Positions 61,731-64,000 of a stretch of 64,000 nucleotides of DNA are shown piece after piece; positions within the stretch are counted from its first letter, which is position 1, and each line of letters starts with the position of its first letter. The DNA is taken from NCBI RefSeq assembly GCF_006345805.1, contig NC_042999.1, positions 3,162,001 to 3,226,000 on the forward strand, read 5' to 3'. The translations under genes and the position numbers were made by a program. Origin of the DNA: Octopus sinensis (Eukaryota). The notes under the pieces were generated by a model. That model made no database searches. It was given only the letters and a program-made list of their open reading frames with translations, and was not told the origin of the DNA.

Positions 61731-62137
61731 TTCTGATGCAATACATCATCTTTGTTGTAATTAATTTTAGAAATACCAAAAAATATAGTAAAATAATTTG
61801 TCATTATAAAGCTGATTTTTGGAACATGAATTAACATGAAATTTTAATGAGAAATTTTAATGTAGATCGTTTTAAAATAGAAAGTTTCTACCATAGAACC
61901 AGGAGCAGTCATGAAGAATTCGGTATCAAAGGAGTTAAATGATGCAAATGGCTTCAGTTTCAACACAGTTTCAGGCAAATCATGTCACTTTTAAAACAAC
62001 AAAATATGAATTAAAATACCCTCTATAGCGTTAAGTTAATTCATGTCTTGTGTGTCTGTGTGTATCTTATAGGTAGTTAGCGTATATCCTACTTATTTCC
62101 TCTTGAAGCACATCTTATTCCATTATTACAATCAATA

Positions 62138-62546
62138 GGCGCAGGAGTGGCTGTCTGGTAAGTAGCTTGCTAACCAACCACATGGTTCCGGGTTCAGTCC
62201 CACTGCGTGGCATCTTGGGCAAGTGTCTTCTGCTATAGCACCGGGCCGACCAATGCCTTGTGAGTGGATTTGGTAGACGGAAACTGAAAGAAGCCTGTCG
62301 TATATATGTATATATATATATATATAAGTGTGTGTGTATATGTTTGTGTGTCTGTGTTTGTCCCCCTATCATTGCTTGACAACCGATGCTGGTGTGTTTA
62401 TGTCCCCGTCACTTAGCGGTTCGGCAAAAGAGACCGATAGAATAAGTACTGGGCTTACAAAGAATAAGTCCCGGGGTCGATTTGCTCGACTAAATGCGGT
62501 GCTCCAGCATGGCTGCAGTGAAATGACTGAAACAAGTAAAAGAGTA
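62138..62546 (+). mobile_element. SINE family A full-length, little-diverged copy
   Basis: Near-identical to 25001-25392. Confidence 0.93.
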
Positions 62547-62597
62547 ATATGTATCCATAGTTACTGTTATATGTTAATCAAACTACATATTAAAATT

Positions 62598-62929
62598 GGA
62601 GATGTACTTGCATAGCAAGTGACTTGATCTGAGATTGTGTGCAGAAAAAAAAAACAATTGCAGTGTGGAAGGTATTTGTAAGCCATTTAAGAACACACAG
62701 AAAAATCTGTTAGTTTCACTTCAACACTGAATTTTCATTTGTGTCAAAATATTTTTGGTACTTTGAAACCACGACTTGTTCACTGACTGCAGCACCAGGT
62801 TCTGTCAGTGGACATGTTGCAGTTTGGAAGTGATGAAAATATTTTGACACAAACGAAAATTAAATGTTGAAGTGAAACTAACGGTCTTATTTTTGTGTTC
62901 TTGAATGGCTTACAAATATCTTCTATACT
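62598..62929. mobile_element. Family F foldback, right arm truncated
   Basis: Self-complementary about CTGCAG at about 62788; homologous to 28666. Confidence 0.82.
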
Positions 62930-63272
62930 CTTTACTTGTTTCAGTCATTTGACTAGTACTTATTCTATTGGTCTCTTTTGCCAAACCACTAAGTTATGGG
63001 GATGTAAACACACCAGCATCGGTTGTCAAGCGATGTGGGGGGGGGTCGTCAAACACAGACACACAAATATATACACACATATACATATATCTATATATAT
63101 ATACATATATATGACAGGCTTCTTTCAGTTTCCATCTACCAAATCCACTCACAAAGCTTTGGTCAGCCCGAGACTATAGTAAAAGTCACTTGCCCAAGGT
63201 GCCACACAGTGGGACTGAACCCAGAACCATGTGGTTCATAATCAAGCTACTTACCACACAGCCACTCATACG
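62925..63272 (-). mobile_element. SINE family A copy
   Basis: Reverse complement of family A. Confidence 0.88.
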
Positions 63273-63740
63273 CCTTCATGCTGATATTAAAATTGAGAAT
63301 TGTGTAAATATTATTTGCAGAGTTATTGTTTAACAAAACAGGAAAATGGAATTTTTTTGGTATTATTTATTCTCCATTACATATGTTTCATTTACTAATA
63401 GGAATTACAAAGATTTACCTAAGGAATTTCTTATTAGAAATTAGTCAGACAGAAGGGAAAATATTTTATATTATACAATGATACATTTGGATGAAGCATT
63501 TATATTTGGATATTAATCAGGAGCATCACAGCCCTGTCTGTATGCTTGCATATACATGTGTGTATGTCTGTACACACGTGTCTATAGCTTTCTCGTACCT
63601 TCACTAAAGCTATTTGTGATGCTCCTCATCAAGATCCTAATAACCTAACCACTTAGCTGAACACTTTCACGAGGCATGGGAACACCTAGTCTGCCACACA
63701 CACACACACACACAACTGACAACTCTATATTTTTCTGCTA

Positions 63741-63940
63741 CAGCACGGATTTTTGTCAGTGAACAGGTCGCGGACTTAAAGCGACGAAAATATTTTGACA
63801 AATTAAACTTAAATGTTGAAGTGAATCGAACGGCTTTTGTGTGTTTCTTAAACGGCTTACAAACACCTTCCACACTGCAATTGTTTCCGTTCCAGCACAC
63901 GATCTCAGATCAAATCACTTGCTATGCAAGTTCATCTCTG
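63741..63940. mobile_element. Family F foldback, right arm only
   Basis: CAGCACGGATTTTTGTCAGTGAAC..GCTATGCAAGTTCATCTCTG; reverse complement of 30733-30934. Confidence 0.85.
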
Positions 63941-64000
63941 TTATTTCTTTATCTAACTGAACATCACTCAATATCAATGTTCTCAATATCTTAAGATTAT

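Overview
A roughly 35%-GC (estimated by eye) eukaryotic window with no recognisable host protein-coding gene. It is intergenic or deep intronic DNA dominated by repeats. The repeat families and the extreme (TA)n/(CA)n/(CAT)n load look to me like an Octopus (coleoid cephalopod) genome; this is recognition, not a search result. Almost all ORFs in the track are microsatellite or repeat artefacts. Recognisable contents: (1) fossil transposase, RT and endonuclease fragments (two mariners, CR1/L2-type LINE pieces, RTE-type LINE 3' ends, an R4/NeSL-type restriction-like-endonuclease fragment, Penelope-like RT and GIY-YIG fragments); (2) at least five tRNA-headed SINE families, three copies of which have clear target-site duplications; (3) more than 20 5'-truncated RTE 3' ends whose 3' UTR carries an expandable 60-66 bp tandem unit; (4) several MITE/foldback families (piggyBac-like, Tc2-like, spacer-less palindromes, hAT-like). 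The most interesting signal is a set of minimal Penelope-type hammerhead-ribozyme motifs. One lies in the tail of a tRNA-headed SINE-like element (47.26-47.62 kb) that is preceded by an inverted partial copy of its own tail, which suggests a SINE mobilised by Penelope machinery. Edges of degenerate repeats are approximate (about +/-10-20 bp); TSD, TIR and hairpin coordinates were counted base by base.
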